This document shows, one piece after another, positions 46,497-59,217 of a stretch of 64,000 bases of DNA. A model generated the notes under the pieces. That model had not been told where the DNA came from. It did not search any database and saw only the letters and a program-made list of their open reading frames with translations. Each line of letters begins with the position of its first letter. Positions within the stretch are counted from its first letter, which is position 1. The stretch is from Mustelus asterias. Lineage: Eukaryota. The translations under genes were made by a program, and so were the position numbers. Location: positions 62,001-126,000 of the forward strand of contig NW_027590197.1 of the NCBI RefSeq assembly GCF_964213995.1. The letters run 5' to 3'.

Positions 46497-48133
46497 CTGC
46501 GGGCGTGCGGTGGACTGAAAGGATTGAGTATGTGGACTTTAAGAAAGAGGTTGTGCTGGAATCTTTGAATGGCATCAAGATAGATAAGTCGCCGGGTCCG
46601 GATGGGATGTACCCCAGGTTACTGTGGGAGGCGAGCGAAGAGATTGCAGAGCCTCTGGCGATGATCTTTGCGTCGTCGATGGAGACGGGAGAGGTGCCGG
46701 AGGATTGGAGGATTGCGGATGTGGTTCCTATTTTCAAGAAGGGGAATAGGGATAGCCCAGGTAATTACCGACCGGTGAGTCTAACCTCAGTCGTTGGTAA
46801 ACTGATGGAGAAGATCCTGAGGGACAGGATATATGAGCATTTAGAGAGGTTTAGTATGCTCAAGAATACTCAGCACGGCTTTGTCAAGGGCAGATCGTGC
46901 CTTATGAGCCTGGTGGAGTTCTTCGAAAATGTGACTAAACACATTGACGAAGGGAAGGCGGTAGATGTGGTTTATATGTATTTTAGCAAGGCGTTCGATA
47001 AGGTCCCCTATGCAAGGCTTCCAGAAAAAGTAAGAGGGCATGGGATCCAAGGGGCTGCTGCCCGGTGGATCCAGAACTGGCTTGCCCAAAGGAGGCAGAG
47101 AGTGGGTATAGATGGGTATTTTTCTCAATGGAGGTCGGTCACCAGTGGTGTGCCCCAGGGATCTGTTCTGGGATTCTTGCTGTTTGTCATTTTCATAAAT
47201 GACCTGGATGAGGAAGCGGAGGGATGGGTTGGTAAGTTTGCCGATGACACGAAGGTTGGTGGGGTTGTGGATAGTCTGGAGGGATGTCAGAAGTTACAGA
47301 GGGACATTGATAGGATGCAAGACTGGGCGGACAAGTGGCAGATGGACTTCAACCCAGATAAATGCGTCGTGGTCCATTTTGGTAGGTCAAATGGGATGAA
47401 GGAGTACAATATAAAGGGAAAGACTCTTAGTACTGGAGAGGATCAGAAGGACCTTGGGGTCCGGATCCATAGGACTCTAAAATCGGCCCCACAGGTGGAG
47501 GAGGTGGTTAAGAAGGCATAAGGTGTGCTGGCATTTATCAATCGAGGGTTTGAGTTTAGGAGTCCGGGGATAATGATGCAGCTATATAAGACCCTCGTCA
47601 GACCCCACTTGGAGTACTGTGCTCAGTTCTGGTCGCCTCACTATAGGAAGGATGTGGAAAAGATTGAAAGGGTGCAGAGGAGATTTACAAGGATGTTGCT
47701 TGGATTGAGTGGCATGCCTTATGAGGATAGGCTGAGGGAGCTCGGTCTTTTCTCCTTGGAGAGACGAAGGATGAGAGGAGACCTAATAGAGGTGTATAAG
47801 ATGTTGAGAGGCATAGATCGGGTGGACTCTCAGAGGCTTTTTCCCAGGGTGGAAATATCTGCTACGCGAGGACACAGGTTTAGGGTCTGGGGGGTAGGTA
47901 CAGGGGAGATGTTAGGGGTAGGTTTTTCACACAGAGGGTGGTGGGCGAGTGGAATCGGCTGCCGTCAGTGGTTGTGGAGGCGAACTCAATAGGGTCTTTT
48001 AAGAGACTCCTGGATGAGTACATGGGTCCTAATAGGATGGAGGGTTGTTGGTAGGTCTAGAAGGTAGGGATGTGTTCGGCACAACTTGTGGGCCGAAGGG
48101 CCTGTTTGTGCTGTAGTTTTTCTATGTTTCTAT
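46497..48133 (+). mobile_element. Second CR1 copy, 5'-truncated and inactivated
   Basis: RT ORF 46505-47521 ends in a premature TAA; frameshift near 47890; ttctatgtttctat tail. Confidence 0.93.
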
Positions 48134-49660
48134 ATGTCTAGTGTATATGGTACCCAGATTAGATATTTATGTTGCTGTAATAAAATACATTTATTATTAT
48201 TTCTTGCATTGTAATATAAGGCTGCAGCGATGTTATACATTTCCAGTCATAAAGTCATTACAGCACAGAAGGAATCCATTTGGTAACTCGAGTCCATTCT
48301 GACTCTCTGCATAACATTCCAGTCCCATTCTCACTCTATATCCCATTCTCCTGAAAGTTTATTTCCTTCAAGTGCCCATCCACTTTCATTTTTAAATAGA
48401 ATCCATAGATATGGATGGAGATTTACAACTTTTTGGGAATGAAATAGGAAAGAATGTTCCATAGAAACTAGAATTGTCTGCTCTGAATTTCTATCCTATA
48501 CTGACTGTGATGACTTTTACAAACTCATTTCATCGGATTTTGAAGGAGGAATCACAGGCAAAAATCTCAATCGTCACGTCTAGACAGAGTCATATTCCTT
48601 GGGATCTGAATATCTTGTAATATGGAACTGTAGCTCCGTTATATATTTCCAGAAATCTCTTCCCTCAGAGGGTTGTTAGTCATTTGGATTTCTCTTCCAC
48701 AGGGACCAGTGGAGGCTGAGGATCATTGAATATATTCCAATTAGACAGATTTTTGACTGACAAGGGTGTTGAGGGTTATGGGGAACAGACAAGAAGATGG
48801 AGCAAAAGCTAAGATGTGAGGGGATTTCTTCACTCAAGGATCTGGTGAAGCTTTGGAATTCTCAACCCCTGAGGACAGTGAAGCCTCAGTCATCAACTAT
48901 TTTCAAGAGAGAGATTGATTGGTTTCTAGATATTGAAGATATCAAGGGATATGGGTTTAGTGTGGGGAGAATGATGCTGAGGTAGATGAACGAATTATCT
49001 CATTGAATAGTTTAAAAGGCTCGATGGGCCAAATGGCCGACTGCAGCTCCTATTTGTAATGGTCTCTGTGTCCAGGACAGGAAGCAGTGAGCATGGATCT
49101 GTTAATCAGCCTCAATCAGCACCTTCAGGAGAATTGGGAGGGTGAATATTAGATACAGCAGAGTGAGAATGGAGGGAGAGTGTGTGGGATGGAGATTTAC
49201 AGCTTTTTGGGACTGAAATAGGAAAGAATGTTCCATAGAAATTGGAATTGTCTGTTCTGAATTTCTATCCTGTACTGACACTGATGACTTTTATAAACTT
49301 GTTTTACAGGATATTGAAAGAGGAATCACAGACTGAAATCTCAAACGTCACATCGAGATCTGACAGAGTCATATTCCTTGGGAGCTGAATATCATCGGCC
49401 TTTGAATCTGGAAGGAGAAATGATTGTCCAGTCTGTTGATTTGAAAAGATTTCAAACATCAGTGTGACTGGAAAAGCACGAACACACTGCCACACTCGAG
49501 TGAGAGTGTTCCAATGCACTGACTAAAGAGCTTTAACCAGTTACACAGTCTGAATAAGTATCGCAACATTCACAGCGGGGAGAGACTGTAATCTTGTTGT
49601 GAGTGAAGACGAGGCTTCAACTGATTGTCCACCCAAGAGAGCGGCAAGGACACCTGCACC

Positions 49661-50335
49661 ATGGAGAAACCATGGAAATGTGGGGACTGTGGGAAGAGAT
49701 CCAGAGCCCCATCAGAGCTGGAAGCTCATCAGCGCAGCCACACTGGGGAGAGACCATTCACCTGCTCTCAGTGTGGGGAGGGATTCACTCAGTCATCCAG
49801 CCTGCAGACACACCAGCGAGCTCACACTGGGGAGAGGCCATTCACCTGCCCTCAGTGTGGGAAGGGATTCGCTTGTTCATCCAACCTGCGGGCACACAAG
49901 TGGGTTCACACTGGGGAGAGGCTGTTCACCTGCTCTCAGTGTGGGAAGGGATTCACTCGGCCTTCCAACCTGCGGACACATGAGCACATTCATTCTGGGG
50001 AGAGGCCATTCACCTGCTCTCAGTGTGGGAAGGGGTTCACTCGGTCACATGACCTGCAGAAACACCAGCGAGTCCACACTGGGGAGAGGCCATTCACCTG
50101 CTCTCAGTGTGGGAAGGGATTCACTCAGTCATCCCACCTGCACAAACACCATCGTGTTCACACTGGGGAGAGGCCGTTCACCTGCCCTCAGTGTGGGAAG
50201 GGATTCTGTGATTCATCCAGTCTGCGGATACACCAGCGAGTTCACACTGGGGAGAGGCCGTTCACCTGCTCTGTGTGTGAGAAGAGATTCAGTCTTTCAT
50301 CCCACCTGCGGAGACACCAGCGAGTTCACAAGTGA
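49661..50335 (+). CDS. C2H2 zinc-finger protein ZNF-8 (8 fingers)
   Basis: gcaccATGG at 49661; 8 fingers; acceptor at 49308-49309. Confidence 0.9.
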   Translation: MEKPWKCGDCGKRSRAPSELEAHQRSHTGERPFTCSQCGEGFTQSSSLQTHQRAHTGERPFTCPQCGKGFACSSNLRAHKWVHTGERLFTCSQCGKGFTRPSNLRTHEHIHSGERPFTCSQCGKGFTRSHDLQKHQRVHTGERPFTCSQCGKGFTQSSHLHKHHRVHTGERPFTCPQCGKGFCDSSSLRIHQRVHTGERPFTCSVCEKRFSLSSHLRRHQRVHK

Positions 50336-50584
50336 TTCGAGGGGTTGGATTCTGCTGTTATTGTTTCTGCTCTCAATTACAGCCAGGACTGCATTTTGTT
50401 CATTCTCACAGTTGGTCAATGGGGAGGGTCGGAGGGTTTCTTTCTGCTGGACTGGCCGGTCTCATGACTTTGCCTCCAGTGAGCTGATGCTCTTTGAGAC
50501 TTGTTGCGAATACCTGGTTTCAAATTTCACACGGATCACAGAGTGACAGGGTGTTAGGAAGTTAAGAGTCACTATTTCTGTTTG

Positions 50585-50885
50585 AAACCCCCTCAAATGC
50601 CCCTCCAATTTCCTTTGTAATTGTTTATTGTCTCCACTTCCTCCTCCCTCGTAGGCAGCGAGTTCCAGGTCATTACCATTCGCTGCATCAAAATTTTCTT
50701 CCTCACATCCCTCCCCTGCATCTCTGACCCAAAACCATAAATCGGTGACGCCCCTCGTCCTTGTTCCATCAGCGAATGGGAACAGCTTTTCTTTGTCCAC
50801 CTTATCTAAACCTGTCAGAATCTTGTCCACCTCTATCAAATCTCCCCTCAACCTCCTTTGCTCCAAGAGGAACAACCCCAACCTG
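50585..50885 (-). mobile_element. CR1 fragment shared with 27765-28055
   Basis: LEQRRLRGDLIEVDKIL..EKLFP. Confidence 0.8.
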
Positions 50886-51216
50886 ACATCGACAATAAAG
50901 AACAAACTAACAGAATATGTTAATACCTGAAATCAAATGGGATTGTTGAATTTCAGTTTTAACGATATTGTAAATATCTTGTCCTGGACAATAAAGGAAT
51001 TGGAATAACTCACCTTGGGGGGGGTGTGGTTGAATGGAATATATCAATCTGCTATCCACCTATAGTTAGTGAAAATCTGGAATGTGTAGCTGGAAATCCC
51101 TCCTTATGGGTGTACTTACACCTGAGGCATTGTAGCAGTTTAAGAAGGCAGTGTTGGGGTTGACCATGGCCGAGGCAGCTACATACAGCCACATATTCTG
51201 TTACAATTGAAGGACA

Positions 51217-51540
51217 GTGAGAGTTTTAACAACACCAGGTTAAAGTCCAACAGGTTTATTTGGTAGCAAATGCCATTAGCTTTCAGAGCGCTGCTCCTTC
51301 ATCAGTTGGAGTGGAAATCTGCTCCCAAACAGGGCACAGAGACACAAAATCAATTTACAGAATACTGATTAGAATGTGAATCTCAACAGCCAACCAGGTC
51401 TTAAAGATACAGACAATGTGAGTGGAGGGAGCATTAAGCACAGGTTAAAGAGATGTGTATTATCTGCAGACAGGACAACCAGTGAGATTCAGCAAGTCCA
51501 GGAGGCAAGCTGTGGGGGTTACTGATAGTGTGACATAAAG
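51217..51540 (-). mobile_element. Penelope-like terminal repeat with hammerhead motif
   Basis: Minus strand reads ctgatga-a-ggagc-agc-gctct-gaaa-gcta at ~51277-51305. Confidence 0.8.
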
Positions 51541-51758
51541 CCAATTTATCTTTCAAGGGGTGAGTGTCTCTGAGAGGTATGCAACTGGAAAACATTTTCC
51601 ATTCACCTCCTGCGTTGCTGCAGTATATGGATATTGTTCTCACTCTGCCAGCAGGGCTGTGGGATTAATTATTCAGATCTTAAAGACAGCCCGACTGGGC
51701 AGGATGTGCCAAATGGTTTCCATCTGTGATGTATCGTTCCACAAAACAGAATATTCAG

Positions 51759-53052
51759 CATAGAACAGTACAGCACAGAACAGGCCCTTCGGCCCACGAT
51801 GTTGTGCCGAGCTTTATCTGAAACCAAGATCAAGCTATCCCACTCCCTATCATCCTGGTGTGCTCCATGTGCCTATCCAATAACCGCTTAAATGTTCCTA
51901 AAGTGTCTGACTCCACTATCACTGCAGGCAGTCCATTCCACACCCCAACCACTCTCTGCGTAAAGAACCTACCTCTGATATCCTTCCTATATCTCCCACC
52001 ACGAACCCTATAGTTATGCCCCCTTGTAATAGCTCCATCCACCCGAGGAAATTGTCTTTCAACATTCACTCTATCCCCTTCATCATTTTATAAACCTCTA
52101 TTTAGTCTCCCCTCAGCCTCCTCCGCTCCAGAGAGAACAGGCCTAGCTCCCTCAACCTTTCCTCATAAGACCTACCCTCCAAACCAGGCAGCATCCTGGT
52201 AAATCTCCTCTGCACTCTTTCCAGCGCTTCCACATCCTTCTTATAGTGAGGTGACCAGAACTGCACACAATATTCCAAATGTGGTCTCACCAAGGTCCTG
52301 TACAGTTGCAGCATAACCCCACGGCTCTTAAACTCCAACCCCCTGTTAATAAAAGCTAACACACTATAGGCCTTCTTCACAGCTCTATCCACTTGAGTGG
52401 CAACCTTTAGAGATCTGTGGATATGGACCCCAAGATCTCTCTGTTCCTCCACAGTCTTCAGAACCCTACCTTTGACCCTGTAATCCACAGTTAAATTAGT
52501 CCTACCAAAATGAATCACCTCACATTTATCAGGGTTAAACTCCATTTGCCATTTTTCAGCCCAGCTTTGCATCCTATCTATGTCTCTTTGCAGCCGACAA
52601 CAGCCCTCCACCTCATCCACTACTCCACCAATCTTGGTGTCATCACCAAATTTACTGATCCACCCTTCAAACCCCTCCTCTAAGTCATTAATAAAAATCA
52701 CAAAGAGCAGAGGACCAAGCACTGATCCCTGTGGCACTCCGCTAGCAACCTGCCTCCAATCCGAAAATTTTCCATCCACCACCACCCTCTGTCTTCGATT
52801 AGACAGCCAGTTACCTATCCAATCGGCCAACTTTCCCTCTATCTCACACCTCCTCACTTTCATCATAAGCCGACCGTGGGGGATCTTATCAAACGCCTTA
52901 CTAAAATCCATGTATATGACATCAACTGCTCTACCTTCATCAACACACTTAGTTACCTCCTCAAAAAATTCAATCAAATGTGTGAGGCACGACTTGCTCT
53001 TCACGAATCCGTGCTGACTATCCCGGATTAATCCGCATCTTTCTAAATGGTC
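51759..53052 (-). mobile_element. CR1 LINE, 5'-truncated RT region
   Basis: ORF 52102-53091 with QHGF, DFSKAFD, PQGSVLGP, FGDD; reverse-strand tail catagaac. Confidence 0.92.
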
Positions 53053-53662
53053 TAAATAAAGGGTCTGAAGGCAGAGCTGGTTAAGCCACACAAAATAAGG
53101 GACATTTGATATTTTGATCTTTGATTTGTTTTGAATTATTGTTATTGCATATTGTTATGATCCTGGTTGGGACTGTTGAGAGAGAAATTTGAACACCCAG
53201 TGAGTAACAAAGAATTACGCCACAAAATTCTATGCATGTAAACAAAAACAAACTTTATTGGATATGAAAAACAAAAGAAAATTAAAAACCAATACGACAA
53301 ACAGAACACTGTAGTTTAGAAAGACTACATTATAAACTCAGTTCTACTTTTTAACTTCTACCCCCAAGATTTCCCTTCTAAACGATATCTTGAAGGTTCA
53401 TTCAGTTCTGTTCCTGTGAACATATGGAAGGTACGTCAAAGCTCCCCAGAATTCACTTTAATTCTCCTCAGTATTCCAGCTATTTTCCAAGATTTCATGG
53501 GGGTCTTTTCATTAACTTTTGACTGAACAACCCTCCAACTTTCCTTCAAGGTCTCAAAACTATGGAACTCCTCAGTCCAAGCCTGAGCTTCACTGCCTTC
53601 TTGCTGAGGGATTTAAACATTCGGAACAGCCCTGGTCCCTCATGATCCTCGAGGCTTCTAGT

Positions 53663-53732
53663 CCCACAGCTGGTTCACAGCTCCCGCTCCCACAGCTGGT
53701 TCACAGCTCCCACTCCCACAGCTGGTTCACAG
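53663..53732. repeat. 26-bp tandem repeat, 2.7 copies
   Basis: Unit cccacagctggttcacagctccc(g/a)ct. Confidence 0.9.
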
Positions 53733-53734
53733 TG

Positions 53735-54103
53735 GGAGTGTCATTGGCCGAGTAATGCAGAGACCCAGCAAAGGATCCGGGGACAGGCAGCTGGTGGGAT
53801 TTGAATTCAGTGAATCAATCTGGAATTATATAAAGTTAGTCTCAGTAACGGTGACCATGAAACTATCATCGATTGTTGTAAAAACCTGTCCGGTTCACCC
53901 TATTAATGCTCCCTATTAGGGAAGGAAATCTGCCATCCTTACCCGGTCTGGCCTACATGTGAATCCAGACCCACACAGCGATGTGGGTGACTCTTAACTG
54001 CCCCTCTGAAATGGCCGAGCAAGTCACTCCGTTCAGGGGCAATTAGGAGCTGAGCAACGTGTGCTGGGGCTTTGCCAGCAGTGTCCACATCCCAGGAAAG
54101 AAT
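53735..54103 (+). mobile_element. SINE family 2
   Basis: ggaaatctgccatccttacccggtctggcctacatgtga body and tail. Confidence 0.75.
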
Positions 54104-54749
54104 AAAGAATATTCCACGGAAAGTGATGGGTGATTTGAAATGAATTGAAAGTAGGTCAGGAGGTGCTCGTATCGTCCAGAGCTGCTTTTCAATGGATCCT
54201 CCTGTTTAAAATAAAAACACATCAGTGTGCCCCTTTCCCAGACACACTGACCTTGGAATATCACAATGCTGTTTTTAAACATTCCTATGTTAAAGAATCA
54301 GTCATTTAGAATTGTGAAACAGACAGAAATTAAATGTTCCATTTTTCCTGGGATCCTCCTGTGCCTGGCACCGGTGTCCTGAACAAGGTTATTAACATTC
54401 TCTGGGTTAAAGGTTCCTCCTGGTTCTTGCTGTCTGTTGTGTCCTTTGTCACAGTCGGTACCAGGACATTTCTATTGAAAGGTTGTTAAGAAATTCCAGT
54501 GAATTCCAGCCCCTTGTGTAACGTTCCATTTGGTGTGCGTCAGATTCAGAGATGTCCACGTGTGTGTGAAAAGGGTTCTGGGTAAGGGTTTTAACCCTTC
54601 TTTCCCCGTTAGTAACAATGAGCCCTGTATTCAATTCTAAAGTATAAAGTCCTCATTAGATATCAATTCTACCTGTTATCTACATTTCACCAACCAGTCT
54701 ATATTTTCATCACAGGACTGCAGTGGGAGCACCGTCAACATCTTACTGA

Positions 54750-55922
54750 CTGGATCGATTTTATCGAGGAGGTGACGAAGGTGATCGATGAGGGTAGAGC
54801 AGTGGATGTTGTGAACATGGATTTTAGTGAGGCTTTCGACAAGGTCCCTCATGGTCGGCTCATCCAGAAGATTAAGATGCATGGGATTCACGGTCACTTG
54901 GCCACTTGGATTCAGAATTGACTTGCCCATAGAAGTCAGGGAGTAGTGGTGGAGGGTGTTTTTCTGACTGGAGGTCCATGACTAGTGGTGTTCTGCAGGG
55001 ATCCGTACTGGGACCTGCGCTATTTGTGATATATATAAATAACTTGGATGAAAACGTGGATGGGTGGGTTAGTAAGCTTGCAGATGACACAAAACTAGAT
55101 GGAGTTGTAGATAATGTCAAAGGTTGTCAAAGGATACAGTGGGATGTAGATCAGCTGTAGATATGAGTGGAGAAATGGCAGATGGATTTTAATCCGGGCA
55201 AGTGTGAGGTGCTGCACTTTGGGAGATCAAATATTAAGGATAAGTATGCAGTTCATGTACAGAGGTCTTGGGGTTCAAGTCCAGAGCTCCCTGAAATTAG
55301 CCACACAAATATTTATCGGTAAAGAAGGCATATGGCATGCTGGCCTTTATTGAGTACAAGAGTCAGCGTGTCATGTTGCAGCTTTATAAAACTTTGTTTG
55401 GGCCGCACTTAGAATATTGTGTTCAATTCTGGTCGCCACATTACAGAAAGGATGCAGAGGTTTTGATGAGGGTGCAGAAGAGGTTTCCCAGGATGCTGCC
55501 TGGATTGGAGGGTGTGAGCGACTGACAAACGAGGGTTGTTTTCTCGAGAGCGGTGGAGGGTGAGGGGAGATCTGATAGCAGTCTATAAAATGAGAGACAT
55601 AGAATCTTTTCCCTCAGAGTTGATATGTCTAATACCAGGGAGCATGCACTTAAGGTGAGATGGGGAAAGTTCAAAGGAGATGTGAGAGGTAAGGTTTTTA
55701 CACAGAGAGTGGTAGGTGTCTGGAATGCGCTGCTCGGAGTGGTGGTGGAGGCAGATACGATAGGGGCGTTTAAGGGGGTTTTAAATAAGCACATGAATAT
55801 GCAAGGAATAGAGGAATATGGACCAAGGGCAGGCAGAAAGGAAGAGTTTAATTTGACATCATGTTCGACACAACATGGTGGGCTGAAGGGTCTGTTCCTG
55901 TGCTGTACTGTTCTATGTTCTA
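54750..55922 (+). mobile_element. CR1 LINE, degenerate 3' part
   Basis: [31 protein letters not shown] pieces with frameshifts; ttctatgttcta tail. Confidence 0.9.
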
Positions 55923-56387
55923 TTTGTGATCTCCATTTAGAAAAAGGAAACAGAGGCACTGGAGAAGGGGCAAGAAAGATTCACAAGAATAATCCCAGAA
56001 CTGTCATCACTTCTGAACTCACTGGTGTTTCACCAAGTTTGCTGACTGAGTGAATCCCTTCCCAGTCAGAGCAGGTGACCAGCCTCTGCCTGGTGTGAAC
56101 TCACTGGTGGGACATTAGTTCCCGAGAGCTTTTGAAGCCGCGCCCACATTTAAAGGGTCTCTCCTGGGTGTGATGATGTTGTGTCTGGGCAGGCTGGATA
56201 ACTGAGTAAATCCTTTCGCACACACCGAGCAGGTGAATGGTTTCTCCCCGGTGTGAACTCACTGGTGTTTCAGCAGTGTTGGTGATATTCTAAACCTCCT
56301 TGAACAGTGAGAGCAGCTGAACGGCTTCTCCCCGGTGTGAATGTGCTCGGGGATCATCAGTTCCTGAGAGCTTCTGAAGCCGGCCTC

Positions 56388-57089
56388 TCAGGCAGAGCAT
56401 TTAAAGGGTCTCTCCTTGGAGTGAGTGGCTTTGTGTCTCAGCAAGCTGGATGAAGCAGTGAATCGCTTCCCACACACAGAGCAGGGGAATGGTCTCTCCC
56501 CGGTGTGAACTCGCTGATGTATCCGCAGGTTGGATGACGTTTTAAACCTCTTTGAGCAGTGAGAGCAGCTGAACGGTCTCTCCTCAGTGTGAGTGCGCTG
56601 GTGGGACACCAGATCCTGAGAGCTTTTGAATCCGCTCCCACAGTCAGTGCATTTAAAGGGTCTCTCATTGGTGTGAGTGAGATTGTGTGTGTGCAGGTGG
56701 AATGACTGAGTGAATTCCTTCCCACACACAGAGCAGGTGAATGGTCTCTCCCCAGTGTGAACTCGCTGGTGTCTCTGCAGGTTGGATGAAGTTCTAAATC
56801 TCTTTGTGCAGTGAGAGCAGCTGAACGGTCTCTCCTCAGTGTGAATGCGCTGGTGGGACATCAGTTCTCGAGAACGTTTGAATCCACTCCCACAGTCAGA
56901 GCATTTAAAGGGTCTCTCCTGGGTATGAGTGACCTTGTGTTTCTGCAGGCTGCATAAATGAATAAATCCCATCCCACACACAGAGCAGGTGAACGGTCTC
57001 TCCCCAGTGTGACTGCGTTGATGAATTTCCAGCTCAGATGGGAACCTGAATCCCTTCCCACAGTCTCCACATTTCCATGGTTTCTCCAT
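56388..57089 (-). CDS. C2H2 zinc-finger protein ZNF-9 (8 fingers, premature stop in the 9th)
   Basis: caccATGG at 57089; TGA replaces the second Cys of finger 9; eroded fingers continue to ~56010; acceptor at 57440-57441. Confidence 0.9.
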   Translation of the reverse strand: MEKPWKCGDCGKGFRFPSELEIHQRSHTGERPFTCSVCGMGFIHLCSLQKHKVTHTQERPFKCSDCGSGFKRSRELMSHQRIHTEERPFSCSHCTKRFRTSSNLQRHQRVHTGERPFTCSVCGKEFTQSFHLHTHNLTHTNERPFKCTDCGSGFKSSQDLVSHQRTHTEERPFSCSHCSKRFKTSSNLRIHQRVHTGERPFPCSVCGKRFTASSSLLRHKATHSKERPFKCSA

Positions 57090-58390
57090 GGTGCGGGTGT
57101 CCTTGTGACTCTCCAGGTTAAACAATCAGTTAAATCTCACACAGAACACGGGTACAGTCTCTCCCCACTGTGAATGCTGCGATGTATTTTCAGGCTGTGT
57201 AACTGGTTAAAGCTCTTTCCACACTCAGTGCACTGGAACACTCTCACTCGGGTGTGTGTATCTCAGTGCATTTCTAGTCACAGTGATGTTTACAATCTTT
57301 TGAAGCCAAGAGGCCAAACAAACATTTCTCCTGCTCGATTCAAAGGCCGATGATATTCAGGTCCCAAGAAATCGAGTCACTCTGTCAGATCTAGATGTGA
57401 TGTTGGAGATTTCTGTCTGATTTCTCCTTGTCTAATATCCTGTAAGTCAATTTAGAAAAAACATCGCAATTCAGAATACGATCGAAATTCAAATCTACAT
57501 TTCTAGTTTCTATGGAGCATTCATTAAAGACACAGTCATGGAGCATTAAACTTGCCGAGCAGGGCCTCCCGTATCAGCACACAGGCAGCTGCTTTGTGAG
57601 ACTGCCAGCAGTACAGACAAGTCAGAGATAAGGGTGTCCTCAGAAGTGGGATTCATTGTGAAAGCTCAGGGACGGTTGATAAGATGCAGCAATTCTATGA
57701 TTCTAATGAACATTCTTTCCTCTCCCATTCCCCAAAAGCCGTGAATCTCCATCCCACACACTCTCCCTCCATTCTCACTCTGCTGTATCTAATATTCACC
57801 CTCCCAATTCTCCTGAAGGTGCTGATTGAGGCTGATTGACAGATCCATGCTCACTGCTTCCTGTCCAGCACAGAAATCAGAACAAATAGGAGCTGCAGTC
57901 AGCATTCGGCCCATCGAGTCTGCTCAACCATTCATTGAGATTATTGGTTGATCTACCTCTGCATTATTTTCCCCACACTGTCCCCCATATCCATCGATAT
58001 CTTCAATATCTGGAAACCTATCAATCCCTCTCTTGAAAAATCTTGATGACTGAGGCTCTATAGTCCTCTGGGGTAGAGTATCCAAAACATCACCACATCC
58101 TTGAGTGAAGAAATCCTTCCTCATCTGAGCTTTCTCTCCATTTTCCAGCCTGTTCCCAATAATTATTGACTCCCTTGTCATTCAAAAACTGTCTAACTCA
58201 TCCTTGAATATATTCAATCCCTCCACTGGTCCCTATGGAAGAGAAATCTAGATACTAACAATTCTCTGAGGGAAGAGATTGTTGGAAATATATAATATAG
58301 CTGCAGTCCAAAATTACACAGCCAGATATAATAAGTGTATTTTATTACAGAGCTATAAATAATATATCTAATCTGTACCATATAACAACA

Positions 58391-58690
58391 GGGGAGCTGA
58401 TAGCCTTGTGGTATTATCGCTAGACTATTAATCCAGAAACTTAGCTAATGCTCTGGGGACTCAGGTTCGAATCCTGCCACGGCAGATGGTGGAATTTGAA
58501 TTTAAGGGAAGGAAATCTGCCGTCCTTACCCAGTCTGGCCTACATGTGACTCCAGAGCCACAGCAATGTGGTTGACTCTCAACCATCCTCCGAAATGGGC
58601 CAGCGAGCCATTCAGTTCAAGGGCAATTAGGGATGGGCAATAAATGCTGGCCCAGCCGGCAATGCCCGTGTCCCAAGGATGAATAAAAAA
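58391..58690 (+). mobile_element. SINE family 2
   Basis: Head ggggagctgatagccttgtggtattatcgctagactattaatccag..ggttcgaatcc; A-rich tail. Confidence 0.8.
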
Positions 58691-59217
58691 AACCCAACAT
58701 CAGACATTTCTCTGTCCTATATTAGTTTACTGTCCCCTTTAATATATATCAGAAATTAGATGGGCACATGAAGGAAATAAAGTTGCAGGGGAAAGGGAAT
58801 ATAGAAAGGGAATGGGACTGACTGGATTGTTCTACAAAGAGTCGGGATGGACTCGAGTTACTGAATGGACTCCTTCTGCGCTGTAATGACTCGATGAGTG
58901 GAAATATATAACATAGCTTCAGTGCTACATTACAAGATGAGAAATAATAATAAATGTACTTTGTTACAGAACCATAAATAATATACTAAATCTACAATAT
59001 AACAACACTAAGCATATCTCTGTCCTATATTAATTTATTGTTCTATTAAATGTCAGCCATCCCCTGGGGAAACCAGCCCTTTAATTGTGAACATTAGGAA
59101 AGGGACCATCCTTTCAACCAGACAAATCAATGTGTCAAGCTGAGGGAGCAAAGGATGTCAATGTCTTTAAGAGAGAGAGAGAGACCTGGGCCAACCTTTC
59201 CAGAGTCTGCAGCCTCC

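Noticed and set aside
49599-50546. Long alternate-frame and antisense ORFs over finger arrays (also 2487-2969, 13893-14312, 27033-27404)
   Set aside because: Shadow frames of the 84-bp finger repeat ([20 protein letters not shown] patterns).
53150-53660. Possible solo LTRs (also ~25250-25800, ~17690-18050, ~32920-33280)
   Set aside because: TG starts, TATA or polyA-like motifs were seen, but no clear paired termini, TSD or second copy; cannot be supported without a repeat-library search.
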